Origin: Bacilli bacterium
GTDB lineage: Bacteria; Bacillota_I; Bacilli_A; RF39; UBA660
Reading direction: 5' to 3'
Assembly: GCA_017404555.1 (NCBI GenBank)
Contig: JAFRCD010000007.1
Span: 25,455-89,454, forward strand
Length of the DNA stretch: 64,000 nt
Shown here: positions 32,396 through 42,397 of the stretch, piece after piece
Numbering within the stretch: the stretch's first letter is position 1
Layout: the number at the start of each line of letters is the position of its first letter
Translations under genes and position numbers: made by a program
Notes under the pieces: model-generated
Told to the model about the DNA's origin: nothing
Seen by the model: only the letters and a program-made list of their open reading frames with translations
The model's database searches: none

Positions 32396-35300
32396 CTAGT
32401 CTAATTCTAATTTTTTACTTATATAACCAATACCCAAAAGAGTAAGAATGCTTAGTAAGAGTAAAACTATATATGGTGGTATTATCGTCTTAACACCAGT
32501 ATCTACACTAAGATCATAACTATTCTTATAAGTTATTGTCATATCCCCAACAACTTCTTCAGCAATAACTCTACTACGAGTATTATTAACAGTTGTTGTA
32601 TAGGCATTTTCTTCTGCTTGAGTAACTCTTACAGTATAGCCCTCTGGAATAGATAATATTTCAGATTGATCATTCTTCAAAGTAAATGATGTACTTAAGT
32701 TGTTATCAATTACATTATTAGCGTCACGAACTTCAACAGTATAGCTGAAGTACTTTCTAACATTACCCATATTTCCTTGTATTTGGTTAGTAATAGTTAC
32801 ATATGAATTATCAATTACATTAGCACACTCACTATCTTTAACAACGTTAGAGCCAGAAGATTTAGTTGCTACTATAGCATCTATATTAGTGGTTACATCG
32901 CAGCTATATTTTACTCTTATTTGTGTTAATAGGGCATCAGTATATGTGGCAGCATTGGTAAATGCAGAACCATAAGATGTTGGATTGCCTAATATTGGGA
33001 ATATGCCAGATGCTTTAGTAGCATAAGCAAATACATTAGACACATTTGTTACATTTGAGGTGTCCCAGTTACTTGCCCCATCTATATCCTCTAAGGCACT
33101 ACAATTTCTAAACATATAAGACATATTTGTTACACTTGAAGTGTCCCAATTTGATAGCGCATCTATATCGTCTATGGAGGTACAACCGTAAAACATATAA
33201 GACATATCTGTTACACTCGAAATGTCCCAATCTAGTAGTGCATCCATATCTACTAAGGCGACACATTCTCTAAACATATAAGCCATATTTGTTACGTTTG
33301 AGGTGTCCCAATCACTTGCACCGTCTATGTTTGCTAACGAACTACAATAAGCAAATATATTAGATATATCTGTTACACTCGAAGTGTCCCAATCTGATAA
33401 GGCATTAATATTTACCAACGAAGAGCTATATCTAAACATATAAGACATATTTGTTGTACTTGAGGTGTCCCAATTACTTAAAGCATCTATATCAGTTAAA
33501 GAACTACAATTTGAAAGCATATAGGTCATATTTGTTACACTTGAAGTGTCCCAATTACTTAGTCCATCTATATCTTCTAAGGAACTACAACTATAAAACA
33601 TATAGGACATATTTTTCACTTTTGAAGTGTTTACTTGTGATAAGCCACTTGTATCTGTTAGACTTGCAAAAACATCAAACAGATATGATGAATCAGGATT
33701 TAAATACACTGTCTCTGCTTGACTATAATAATATACCGTATGAGTCGTATTATCATAGAAAATATATATTGGATATTCTGACCCAGATATTGATATTGTA
33801 TTATCTGCCGATGGAGTAAACCCATCTGGTAAAGCACTTGCTCTTTTAATAGCTTCTACTGTTGAATCAGTAGCAGTGTATGCTTGTGACGACCCAGCTA
33901 CTAACGTTTTTATCTTAGCATTGACATTTTTACCTGTGTCAAAGACAGTTTTATTTCCACCAGTACAACTTCCTTTGACAACATCAGAACTTGCTGATTT
34001 AGTAGCAATTATCGCATCTATATTTTGCGTTATTACACAGTCATATACTACTGTTATTCGAGTATCTGCCGCAGTTGCAGCATTAATAAAGGCTCCATCA
34101 TATGTTGTTGGATTGCCCAGTATTGGAAAAGTTCCAGCTGCCTTGGTAGCACCAATAAATACGTAAGATACATTTGATACACTTGAGGTGTCCCAGTTAC
34201 TTGCTCCATCTATATCTTCTAAAGAACTACAATAACCAAACATATAATACATATTTGTTACACTTGAGGTGTCCCAATCACTTAAAGCGTCTATATTATC
34301 TAAAGAACTACAATGATAAAACATATAAGACATATCTGTTACACTTGAGGTGTCCCAATCACTTAAAGCGTCTATATCAGTTAAAGAACTACAATAATAA
34401 AACATATTGGACATATTTGTTACATTTGAGGTGTCCCAATTACTTAAAGCGTCTATATCAGTTAGAGGACTACAATAATAGAACATGTAATCCATCCTTG
34501 TCACATTAGAAGTGTCCCAGTTACTTGCTCCATCTATATCTTCTAAAGATACACAATACCAAAACATGTGATCCATCCTTGTCGCATTGGATGTGTCCCA
34601 AGAACTCGCACCATCTATATTTTCTAATAATCTGCAATTATAAAACATATTGGACATATTTGCTACATTTGAGGTGTCCCAGTTTCCTAATGCTCCTATA
34701 TCTGTCAAGGATTTACAATAATAAAACAAGTCCATCATCTTAATTACTCTAGAAGTATTCCAATTTGATAAAGCATTTATATCTGCCAAAGAGATACAGT
34801 TACGAAACATATAAGTCATATTTTTAACCTTTGAAGTATTCAATTGTGATAACCCACTTATGTTTGTCAAAGATTCAAAACAACCAAACAAATATGAAGA
34901 ATCAGGATTTAAATACACTGTTTCTGCTTCACTATAATAATAAACTGTATTAGTTGTACTATCATAGAAAATGTATATTGGCTTTTCTGAAGTGCTTGTT
35001 GATACTGTGTTGTCTGATGATGGAGTAAATCCATCTGGTAGATCATTTGCTCTCTTAATAGCCTGTACTGTTGAATCAGTATCGCTATATAACTTAGATG
35101 AACCAGCTACTAATGACTTTATCTTAGCATTTACATTTTGTCCTGTATCAAAAAGGGCTGTACCAGATCTATCATATACATCTATTATATATGGATCTGT
35201 TTGTGAACCTGTACCAGATCTATAAGTTACACCTGATTTTAAGGATACTACTGGTCGAGTACCATAAGCAGTGGTAACAATAGTATTACTCAAAGTACCT

Positions 35301-38300
35301 GATGTAGTTATATAACTCTCGTTCGGACCATTGTTAGCTAAAGAATTAGGGGACCCTGTCAAATATTGAACTCCCGTTGTTCTTGCTGTATCGTTATCTA
35401 ACAAGTTCATCTCTGCATAAGTTGCTAAACCTACTGGATATTTATTCTTAGCTTTGCTATTTCCTACTGCGAATTGATCAATTTGCCGACTACATTTTAA
35501 AGTTGTATTTCCATTTCTATCACTAAAAGTCATTGCTGTAGTTAAGCCACCACTTGGATCAAGTCCACTTGTTGATTGATTGGTTCTAGTTCTATCATTA
35601 CAATATATTGCATCTTCAAACAGATCAGTATAATCTGTCATATTTTGGCCATACCAAGCTTCTATTTGCCCTTTTATTGAAGAATTATACCTATTAACAC
35701 CATCATCATCAAGCATAGCTGTAATAGCTTCATCTATTTTCTTACCATCGGACAGTTCTATAAAGTATTTATTAGCACCAGAAGTGCCTCTAGTATAATA
35801 ATACACATAGTACACAGTTGAACAAGTTGTTCCTGTTGTTTTACAGGTATAGTGATGAGTAGCATCAGGATATCCAGCAATTGTATTGGTTAAAGTATAA
35901 GTTCCGTTAGAATATGATACATTACTACCATACTTAAACCCATCATGAGCAATATAAGTTATTGCCGTAGCAGATACCGCCACTGCATATTTTGGATTAC
36001 AAGTTACTGTACTTGATGTTCCCGAGCAGTAATACTTATTTGTAAGGTTTGAACGATTAGAATAGTATGTTGTTGATCTAATATTTGTAGCATTATTAAT
36101 AGTAGTTCCTGAATAACTAGTTCCATATCGATAATACTTATTAACCGCCGCTAATAAACTTCCACCGGTCATAGTTATATAGTAATATGTAGATCCACTT
36201 ACATTAGTTATATAGTATCCTGTTGATCCTGTTCCAGTAGAACTGGTAGATCTAACCGAATACTTACTAGCACCCCTAGTTTGATTAATTGTTCCTCCTA
36301 ATTTGTATTTACTGCTAGTATAACTTATACTTGTACCATAATACATACTAGTTGTAAATAAAGAAGTAGTTGATTGTAAAACTGTTTCTGAACTAGTACT
36401 CTGTGATTGAGAAGTTCTAGGGTAGGTAGTGTTTTTCATATACCCTAACACTGCCGGCGCACCATTAGTAGCATTAAATACACTTGTCCCTATTTGGGCA
36501 TAATTAGTGTCGTCTACAGTATAACTTGTTGTATAAGCTAATGTCGATGAATAATATGAATTAACATTATAAATAGTTGTACATGTATTAGAAGAAGATA
36601 TACAGGTATATTTACCTAATAAGCTTTTATATGTTGAATCACTCCAAGTAGTACTACTTGGATTAGTTAAAGTAAATAATCCTGTTGACTCATTGTAAGT
36701 AAAGCTATCCCCATATTGATACTCCCCACCGGATAAATCTGTTGTTGTCCCACTAGTACCAACTATTCCTGTATGATCACCTCTTGATGTATTACACTTA
36801 TTAGTAGAATCATATTCACCGTTATATATCATCTTTACTCCACCGGTATCGGTAGTTCTTAGTATCTGCCAACAAGTATTTCCTAGTTTAACATTATTAT
36901 GATTAATTATATCGTTACTTCCAGTAAAGTAATGAATTGTTTCGGTTCCTGAATTATCTAAACTATCTTGGTGTTCTCCTGAATAAGTTGATGTTAAAGA
37001 ATCAGCTGCCACAGCGTCATATAAAGTATTATCTATTCCATAAACCACTTTTATGGTGTGATCCTTTATTATATTGTTAAAAGTATATTTATTAGCATAT
37101 GTACTGATACTTACGCTTTCTCCATCAACTGTAACACTCTTTAATGTATAACCATCATCTGCATTATAAGTAATTGTTTTCTTAGAACCCTTTTCAACTT
37201 GAGTAGTTTTAGTTATGGTTCCATGTACTACTTCAGTAGTTATTGTTGGTCTAAAGTCTATTACATACGGATCATCCTGCGAACCAGATCCAGATGCATA
37301 TCCAATTCCAGCTTTTAAGGAAACAACAGGACGAACACCATTAACAAAATAAACAGTATCACTACCAGGGTTTACTTGCATAACGCGTTCAGTAGCAGAA
37401 TCAGCATAAAACTGCATAGGCGATAATAGCCAATACCTATTTGTTGATTTCATAGTCTCACTCGCCAAAACTGCCTCCGGATATGTTGCTAACCCTACTG
37501 GATATTTGTTCTTAGCCTTTGAATTTGCTACCGCAAACTGATCTGTTATACCGCCGCATCTCAAAGTACTATTACTTGTGCTATCTTTAAAATACATGTC
37601 TGTTGTTAAAGTTCCACTTTTATTCCAACCATTAGTTGAAGCATTTCTCTGAGTTCTATCATTACAATAGATTGCATCCTCAAATAATGATGTGTAATCT
37701 GATAATTCTTGACCATACCATGATTCAATTAAAGCCTTAACAGCAGAATTATATTTATTTACATCATTATCATATAACATCTGATCTACTACTGCTTCTA
37801 TATTAGCTTCTCCACTTAACTCTATATAATAGTTGTTATAGTAATAGTACCTAACCGTTGAACATGTGCCAGTGGAGTTATTACAGCTATAATGATGAGT
37901 AGCATCCTTAGTAGTTGATGTGTTTACTAGTGTATATGTTCCATTTGAATATGTAACTCCACTTCCCATTAATGATCCACTGGTTGGAGCAGCCTTTCCC
38001 GCATAATCATATGATTTATTAAACATATATCCTACCATTGCTGGTGAGAATCTATTAGCGTTAAATGGACTTGTTCCTATTTGGGCTCTGCCGATTGAAG
38101 AACTTATTGTATAGGATGTAGTATAGGCCTTAGTTGAACTATATTTAGATCCCACATAATACAAAGTTGTACAACTATTATTACTATTCTTGCAAGTATA
38201 TTTACCCACTAGATTTGTGTAGGTAGAATCACTCCATGTTGCGCTTGTTGGATTTACTAGAGTAAAAGTTGTCCCACTCCAAGTAAAACTATCAGCATAT

Positions 38301-40786
38301 TTATAAGTTCCCCCGCTCAAATCTGTTGCGTCTGTCTGGTATGTTCCTGCTGTTCCCACAAATCCAGTATGGTTTCCTCGTGACGTATTACACTTATTAG
38401 TAGAATCGTATTCACCATTATAGATCATCTTGACACCGCCAGTATCAGTAGTTCTTAATATTTGCCAGCAGGTATCCCCCAGTTTAACATTATTGTGATC
38501 TACGACATCTTCACTATTACCAAAATAATGTATTGTTTCTGTTCCAGAACCATCTAAACTATCTTGGTGCTCTCCAGAATATACTGACGTTAGAGAGTCA
38601 TTTGCTATAGCATCATATAGTCCAGAATCAGATTTTTTATAACTAACTTTTATTGTGTGATTAGCTGTTACATTAGTAAATATATAACTATTCGCATATG
38701 TGCTTATATCTACGGGATCACCATCTACAATAACACTCTTTAACTCATACCCTTTATTGGGATTATATTTTATAGTTTTGTTTGCTCCAGAGCTAACTCT
38801 AGTTGTCTCTGTTATTGTACCATTAGCTACACTGGTTGATATTTTTGGTCTTGTATCAATTTCTACCACATATGGATCAGTCTGTGTTCCTGTTCCTTCC
38901 GTATATGTTGTACCTGATTTTAATGAAACAACTGGACGAACTCCATAACTAAGATAAGAAGCATTACCATTTATAATCCCATCTGTACTCGTAAGAAGAG
39001 AAAAGGTATAAAATCTAGTTGAATTTGAAAAATATCTAGGTGTTATATGATAGTAAGAAGCCCCTGTTCGTCTAGCTGTATTATTAGATATTAAATTCAT
39101 CTCCGTATATGTTGCTAATCCTACAGGATATTTATTTTTAGCTTTAGCATTCCCTACTGCAAATTTATCCGTTTCGCTAGGGCATTCTAACACTGTGCTG
39201 GTATAAGCACCATCAAATTGATATGATACTGATGTGCTTCCGCCATTTGAGTTCCATCCATTATTTGTTGCATCTCTTCTTATTACCCGGTTATTACAAT
39301 AAATTGTATCCTCAAACAAATCTGTATAGTCATCCATTTTTTGAGCATACCATGCTTCCAATAACCCCTTTATAGAGGAATTATATTTATTAACATCTTC
39401 ATTATATAACATCTCATTTTTAGCATCATCAATGCTTTTTCCGCTTGTTAAAGCCACATAGAAAATCTTTGGATTTGATGTATGTTCTCTATAGAAAACA
39501 TATTTTAGACTTTGACAAGTATTACCAGTCGATAAACAGGTATAGTGATGATTTGACAAATCATCTTTACCATTTGATCTTTTAGTGTTTTGCAATGTGT
39601 AAGTTCCGTTGCTATAAGTAAAACTACCACCTACTACATACCTAGTATCGGCAGTAGGCGTTCCCGATCCTTCACTAAGGCTAAACACCACATTATCATT
39701 ACCAGATGAACCCTCTTCATCTTTGCTATAGACTACTTTTATCTCTTCCGATGCCTGTAAATTATTTATTGATATTTCCCCGCTCGCTTCGCCATCAAAG
39801 TTTCCTAAATAATCTGTTCCCCTATAGAAAGCAACTTCATCATACTGTGCTTCACAAGAAACTGTATAGCTTAATTTATAATCTCCCGCTGTTGTCACCT
39901 TAAATATTATTGTACTGTACCCATCATCCTGATGCATTGCGCTTGTCCAAGTTTTATTAGTACTATCCCATGTATATGGATAACCAGAAGGACTGGAATA
40001 ATTTGATACTATACTATAATCACTTTGATCAAGTAAAGTATAGGTTGGATAAACAATATCTCCCCAATTTGTAGGACTTGTATCTTCATAATTATATACA
40101 CTATTAAACATGTACCCAACCATTGCTAAAGAATCATTATTAGCATTAAATGGGCTTGTTCCTATTTGGGCTCTATTAACAGAAGAACCTACTGTATAGT
40201 ATGTAGTATAAGCGGTTGTACCACTCTTATATCCATTAATGTTATAAATCGTTGCACATGTATCAGATGATGATGCACAAGTATATTTGCCTAACAGATT
40301 TTTATATGTACTACCATTAAAAGTTTCAGTAAAAGAATTAGTTAATGTAAATTCTCCCTCTTCCTCGTCATAAGTAAAGCTATCTCCATATTTATATGAC
40401 GAATTTAAATCAGTTGTAGTTCCGTTTGTTCCAATTATTCCCTTATGAGTTCCCCTAGATGTATTACATTTATTGGTTTCATCATATTCTCCATTATAAA
40501 TCATCTTTACTCCACCAGTATCAGTGGTTCTTAATATTTGCCAGCAAGTATCACCTAGTTTAACATTATTATGGTTAACTATGTCGTCACTACCAGTGAA
40601 ATAATAAATTCCCTTAGTTCCTGGATTATTTAAACTATCTTGGTGATCCCCTGTATAAGCCGCAACTAAAGAATCATTTGCTACTGCATCATATAAAGTA
40701 TTGCTGCTATCTGCACGCGAAAAAACCAGGAATGCTCCTATTACGATTACAGATACAATTAAGTAAAATCTCTTACGTCTATACAT
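32396..40786 (-). CDS. Giant (2796 aa) BspA/DUF285-family leucine-rich-repeat surface protein with a triplicated N-terminal module and a C-terminal TM anchor
   Basis: Signal peptide (MYRRKRFYLIVSVIVIGAFLVFSRA). Three ~520-690-aa Cys-containing repeats, each carrying NHNNVKLGDTCWQILRTTDTGGVKMIYNGEYD and ending in GVRPVVSLK. The first two repeats are each followed by a ~75-aa Ig-like domain. Two arrays of 9 and 8 ~26-aa WDTS(N/S)VTxMxxMFxxCxSLxDIDALSN repeats (the DUF285/BspA LRR type), each preceded by a ~95-aa KIK(S/T)LVAGSS…YYYS(E/Q)AETVYLNPDSSYLF linker. C-terminal TM (IVLLLLSILTLLGIGYI) and no LPXTG motif. Confidence 0.85.
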   Translation of the reverse strand: MYRRKRFYLIVSVIVIGAFLVFSRADSSNTLYDAVANDSLVAAYTGDHQDSLNNPGTKGIYYFTGSDDIVNHNNVKLGDTCWQILRTTDTGGVKMIYNGEYDETNKCNTSRGTHKGIIGTNGTTTDLNSSYKYGDSFTYDEEEGEFTLTNSFTETFNGSTYKNLLGKYTCASSSDTCATIYNINGYKSGTTAYTTYYTVGSSVNRAQIGTSPFNANNDSLAMVGYMFNSVYNYEDTSPTNWGDIVYPTYTLLDQSDYSIVSNYSSPSGYPYTWDSTNKTWTSAMHQDDGYSTIIFKVTTAGDYKLSYTVSCEAQYDEVAFYRGTDYLGNFDGEASGEISINNLQASEEIKVVYSKDEEGSSGNDNVVFSLSEGSGTPTADTRYVVGGSFTYSNGTYTLQNTKRSNGKDDLSNHHYTCLSTGNTCQSLKYVFYREHTSNPKIFYVALTSGKSIDDAKNEMLYNEDVNKYNSSIKGLLEAWYAQKMDDYTDLFEDTIYCNNRVIRRDATNNGWNSNGGSTSVSYQFDGAYTSTVLECPSETDKFAVGNAKAKNKYPVGLATYTEMNLISNNTARRTGASYYHITPRYFSNSTRFYTFSLLTSTDGIINGNASYLSYGVRPVVSLKSGTTYTEGTGTQTDPYVVEIDTRPKISTSVANGTITETTRVSSGANKTIKYNPNKGYELKSVIVDGDPVDISTYANSYIFTNVTANHTIKVSYKKSDSGLYDAIANDSLTSVYSGEHQDSLDGSGTETIHYFGNSEDVVDHNNVKLGDTCWQILRTTDTGGVKMIYNGEYDSTNKCNTSRGNHTGFVGTAGTYQTDATDLSGGTYKYADSFTWSGTTFTLVNPTSATWSDSTYTNLVGKYTCKNSNNSCTTLYYVGSKYSSTKAYTTSYTISSSIGRAQIGTSPFNANRFSPAMVGYMFNKSYDYAGKAAPTSGSLMGSGVTYSNGTYTLVNTSTTKDATHHYSCNNSTGTCSTVRYYYYNNYYIELSGEANIEAVVDQMLYDNDVNKYNSAVKALIESWYGQELSDYTSLFEDAIYCNDRTQRNASTNGWNKSGTLTTDMYFKDSTSNSTLRCGGITDQFAVANSKAKNKYPVGLATYPEAVLASETMKSTNRYWLLSPMQFYADSATERVMQVNPGSDTVYFVNGVRPVVSLKAGIGYASGSGSQDDPYVIDFRPTITTEVVHGTITKTTQVEKGSKKTITYNADDGYTLKSVTVDGESVSISTYANKYTFNNIIKDHTIKVVYGIDNTLYDAVAADSLTSTYSGEHQDSLDNSGTETIHYFTGSNDIINHNNVKLGNTCWQILRTTDTGGVKMIYNGEYDSTNKCNTSRGDHTGIVGTSGTTTDLSGGEYQYGDSFTYNESTGLFTLTNPSSTTWSDSTYKSLLGKYTCISSSNTCTTIYNVNSYYSSTLAYTTSYTVDDTNYAQIGTSVFNATNGAPAVLGYMKNTTYPRTSQSQSTSSETVLQSTTSLFTTSMYYGTSISYTSSKYKLGGTINQTRGASKYSVRSTSSTGTGSTGYYITNVSGSTYYYITMTGGSLLAAVNKYYRYGTSYSGTTINNATNIRSTTYYSNRSNLTNKYYCSGTSSTVTCNPKYAVAVSATAITYIAHDGFKYGSNVSYSNGTYTLTNTIAGYPDATHHYTCKTTGTTCSTVYYVYYYTRGTSGANKYFIELSDGKKIDEAITAMLDDDGVNRYNSSIKGQIEAWYGQNMTDYTDLFEDAIYCNDRTRTNQSTSGLDPSGGLTTAMTFSDRNGNTTLKCSRQIDQFAVGNSKAKNKYPVGLATYAEMNLLDNDTARTTGVQYLTGSPNSLANNGPNESYITTSGTLSNTIVTTAYGTRPVVSLKSGVTYRSGTGSQTDPYIIDVYDRSGTALFDTGQNVNAKIKSLVAGSSKLYSDTDSTVQAIKRANDLPDGFTPSSDNTVSTSTSEKPIYIFYDSTTNTVYYYSEAETVYLNPDSSYLFGCFESLTNISGLSQLNTSKVKNMTYMFRNCISLADINALSNWNTSRVIKMMDLFYYCKSLTDIGALGNWDTSNVANMSNMFYNCRLLENIDGASSWDTSNATRMDHMFWYCVSLEDIDGASNWDTSNVTRMDYMFYYCSPLTDIDALSNWDTSNVTNMSNMFYYCSSLTDIDALSDWDTSSVTDMSYMFYHCSSLDNIDALSDWDTSSVTNMYYMFGYCSSLEDIDGASNWDTSSVSNVSYVFIGATKAAGTFPILGNPTTYDGAFINAATAADTRITVVYDCVITQNIDAIIATKSASSDVVKGSCTGGNKTVFDTGKNVNAKIKTLVAGSSQAYTATDSTVEAIKRASALPDGFTPSADNTISISGSEYPIYIFYDNTTHTVYYYSQAETVYLNPDSSYLFDVFASLTDTSGLSQVNTSKVKNMSYMFYSCSSLEDIDGLSNWDTSSVTNMTYMLSNCSSLTDIDALSNWDTSSTTNMSYMFRYSSSLVNINALSDWDTSSVTDISNIFAYCSSLANIDGASDWDTSNVTNMAYMFRECVALVDMDALLDWDISSVTDMSYMFYGCTSIDDIDALSNWDTSSVTNMSYMFRNCSALEDIDGASNWDTSNVTNVSNVFAYATKASGIFPILGNPTSYGSAFTNAATYTDALLTQIRVKYSCDVTTNIDAIVATKSSGSNVVKDSECANVIDNSYVTITNQIQGNMGNVRKYFSYTVEVRDANNVIDNNLSTSFTLKNDQSEILSIPEGYTVRVTQAEENAYTTTVNNTRSRVIAEEVVGDMTITYKNSYDLSVDTGVKTIIPPYIVLLLLSILTLLGIGYISKKLELD

Positions 40787-40849
40787 ATGCTCCCTCTACT
40801 ATATAATCATCCAATTATATTATACCTTTTTTTTATGTATAAAACAATA

Positions 40850-40881
40850 TTTATTACATAAAAAAAAGATGGATTTTTTCC
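40850..40881. terminator. Bidirectional intrinsic terminator (3' of the transporter gene)
   Basis: Stem aaaaagatgga-ttttt-tccatcttttt with A/T runs on both sides. It sits 15 nt after the transporter stop, and the giant-gene promoter region follows it. Confidence 0.6.
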
Positions 40882-40895
40882 ATCTTTTTTATATC

Positions 40896-42287
40896 TTATA
40901 TTGCACTAACTATAACAAAGATTATAAATAATACAACAATTAATTCTAATAGTAATTTCCAAACAGCTTTTAACCATTTTTGATATGGAACATCTAAGTA
41001 TGTTAGAACACCCATCAAGATAACACTTGTTGGAGCTACTAACATAACAGCACCATATAGTGATTGGAACATTACAAATACTAATGATTTATTTACACCA
41101 GTTTGAGTAGCAATTACAGGTACTGTTGCTTGGAACGCATATGCTGCATCAACATTTAGTAAACTAGAAATGATAGCAGTTATTCCACTAGCAGCAAGAC
41201 TAAATTTCTTACCTAATATAGCATTATAGAAAGCTAATTGGAATGGATGGTATGTTACTAATACCAAAATACCATAAATTAGTATTACTATTAATGCAGG
41301 TTTAAGAGCTTTTTTAGCACCTCTACCAATAGCATCTAAATAGTCATCAAATTTGATATTATAGATAAACTTAATAATCAAACTTAATACTGCTAACATG
41401 ATACCAATTTCCATTACAGTCCAGTTACCAAATGATGAAACTGTTCCTAATACTTTAGCAAAGATTGGGAATCCAAATAATTTGAATCCAATTACTGCGT
41501 TATTAGCCTTTTCAAAAGCCATTAATTTGAATACGCTATTCCATGGTAATAGCGACAGAATCATTACCAATAAAATTACTGCAAAAATAACAATTAGTGG
41601 TATTAAACTCTTCTTATTACCTTTACCAGATGGTACATATTCATCTTTAGCAGCTTTTAATTCAGTCTTCTTAGTATTATCTTTAGCAACAAACATTAAA
41701 GTATTAAATACAAGTAATGCTAAACCTAATACAAGGATTATTATTTTAACCCAAATAGCATTTGTGTTTTCAAGACCTAATGCTTGATTTAGTAATGATG
41801 TATTAGTATAACCAAATGTTGTTCCAGCAATACCGATCATCATTGAACCAACAATAGCAAATACTGCAGTTATCTTACTATATCCAAGTAATAGTATCAA
41901 TGATATTAAGAATGGTACAAACACTATTAATGGTAACTGCATTCCTACAAATGAAGTAAGTAATGCTAAGATAACCATGATAGCTACTAAAACTATTCTT
42001 TCCTTTCCTTTAAATTTAGAAGCTAATTTGTCTAACATCTTTCCATAAGCACCAGTTTCGTTTAGTACTCCATAGAAAGCACCAACTACTAATACAAATA
42101 ACGCAATATATCCAAAATATTGAAGAGACGTTATTTGATAGTTGAATAGATCAAATACTCCCATTTGCATACGTTCACCTGCTACATAAGCACTACCTTG
42201 GAATGAAGCTGTTTTAAAGATCCATGTACACAAGAATAATACTAATGTAGTAAGTAAAACCACTTTTAGTGTATTATGTTTCTTCAT
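40896..42287 (-). CDS. Polytopic membrane transporter (YfcC/DcuC/NhaC-like ion-transporter superfamily permease)
   Basis: 463 aa with about 11-12 TM helices, a Gly-rich re-entrant-like segment, and general likeness to YfcC-family putative antiporters. The family call is tentative. Confidence 0.5.
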   Translation of the reverse strand: MKKHNTLKVVLLTTLVLFLCTWIFKTASFQGSAYVAGERMQMGVFDLFNYQITSLQYFGYIALFVLVVGAFYGVLNETGAYGKMLDKLASKFKGKERIVLVAIMVILALLTSFVGMQLPLIVFVPFLISLILLLGYSKITAVFAIVGSMMIGIAGTTFGYTNTSLLNQALGLENTNAIWVKIIILVLGLALLVFNTLMFVAKDNTKKTELKAAKDEYVPSGKGNKKSLIPLIVIFAVILLVMILSLLPWNSVFKLMAFEKANNAVIGFKLFGFPIFAKVLGTVSSFGNWTVMEIGIMLAVLSLIIKFIYNIKFDDYLDAIGRGAKKALKPALIVILIYGILVLVTYHPFQLAFYNAILGKKFSLAASGITAIISSLLNVDAAYAFQATVPVIATQTGVNKSLVFVMFQSLYGAVMLVAPTSVILMGVLTYLDVPYQKWLKAVWKLLLELIVVLFIIFVIVSAI

Positions 42288-42305
42288 AATCTACCTCCCA
42301 CTATA

Positions 42306-42335
42306 ATTATACTCCACTTTCCCCTTCCTTTTCAA
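42306..42335 (-). promoter_or_regulatory. Strong candidate sigma-A promoter of the transporter gene
   Basis: On the minus strand, TTGAAA (42330-42335), 18 nt, then TATAAT (42306-42311), followed by SD GGAGG 7 nt before the ATG. Confidence 0.5.
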
Positions 42336-42365
42336 CTTTTTTGCGTATTTTTTTCATATTTTTTC

Positions 42366-42397
42366 ATAAAAAAAAGCAAATTTTTCTTTTGCTTTTT
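42366..42397 (-). terminator. Intrinsic terminator of the DUF805 gene
   Basis: aagcaaa-(6-nt loop)-tttgctt hairpin followed by a T8 run, immediately after the TAA stop. Confidence 0.55.

Noticed and set aside
32990-34870. Regular ~78-bp direct repeats that could be mistaken for a CRISPR array
   Set aside because: The repeats are longer than typical CRISPR repeats, and the 'spacers' are themselves homologous. The whole region is one continuous open reading frame encoding LRR units. No cas genes are present.
33451-35225. Plus-strand ORFs 33451-33819, 33876-34166, 34174-34509, 34525-34743 and 34971-35225 with repetitive MLHLYLL/YLLHLRCPN-type translations
   Set aside because: They are antisense readings of the 78-bp DUF285 repeat arrays and linkers inside the giant minus-strand gene. 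Their periodic sequence is a by-product of the sense-strand repeats. They have no SD sequences.
38700-39903. Plus-strand ORFs 38700-38948 and 39706-39903 inside the giant gene
   Set aside because: Antisense artefacts. The minus-strand frame is continuous and carries the recognisable repeats.
41398-41787. Plus-strand ORF antisense to the transporter gene
   Set aside because: Antisense artefact within a polytopic membrane-protein gene.
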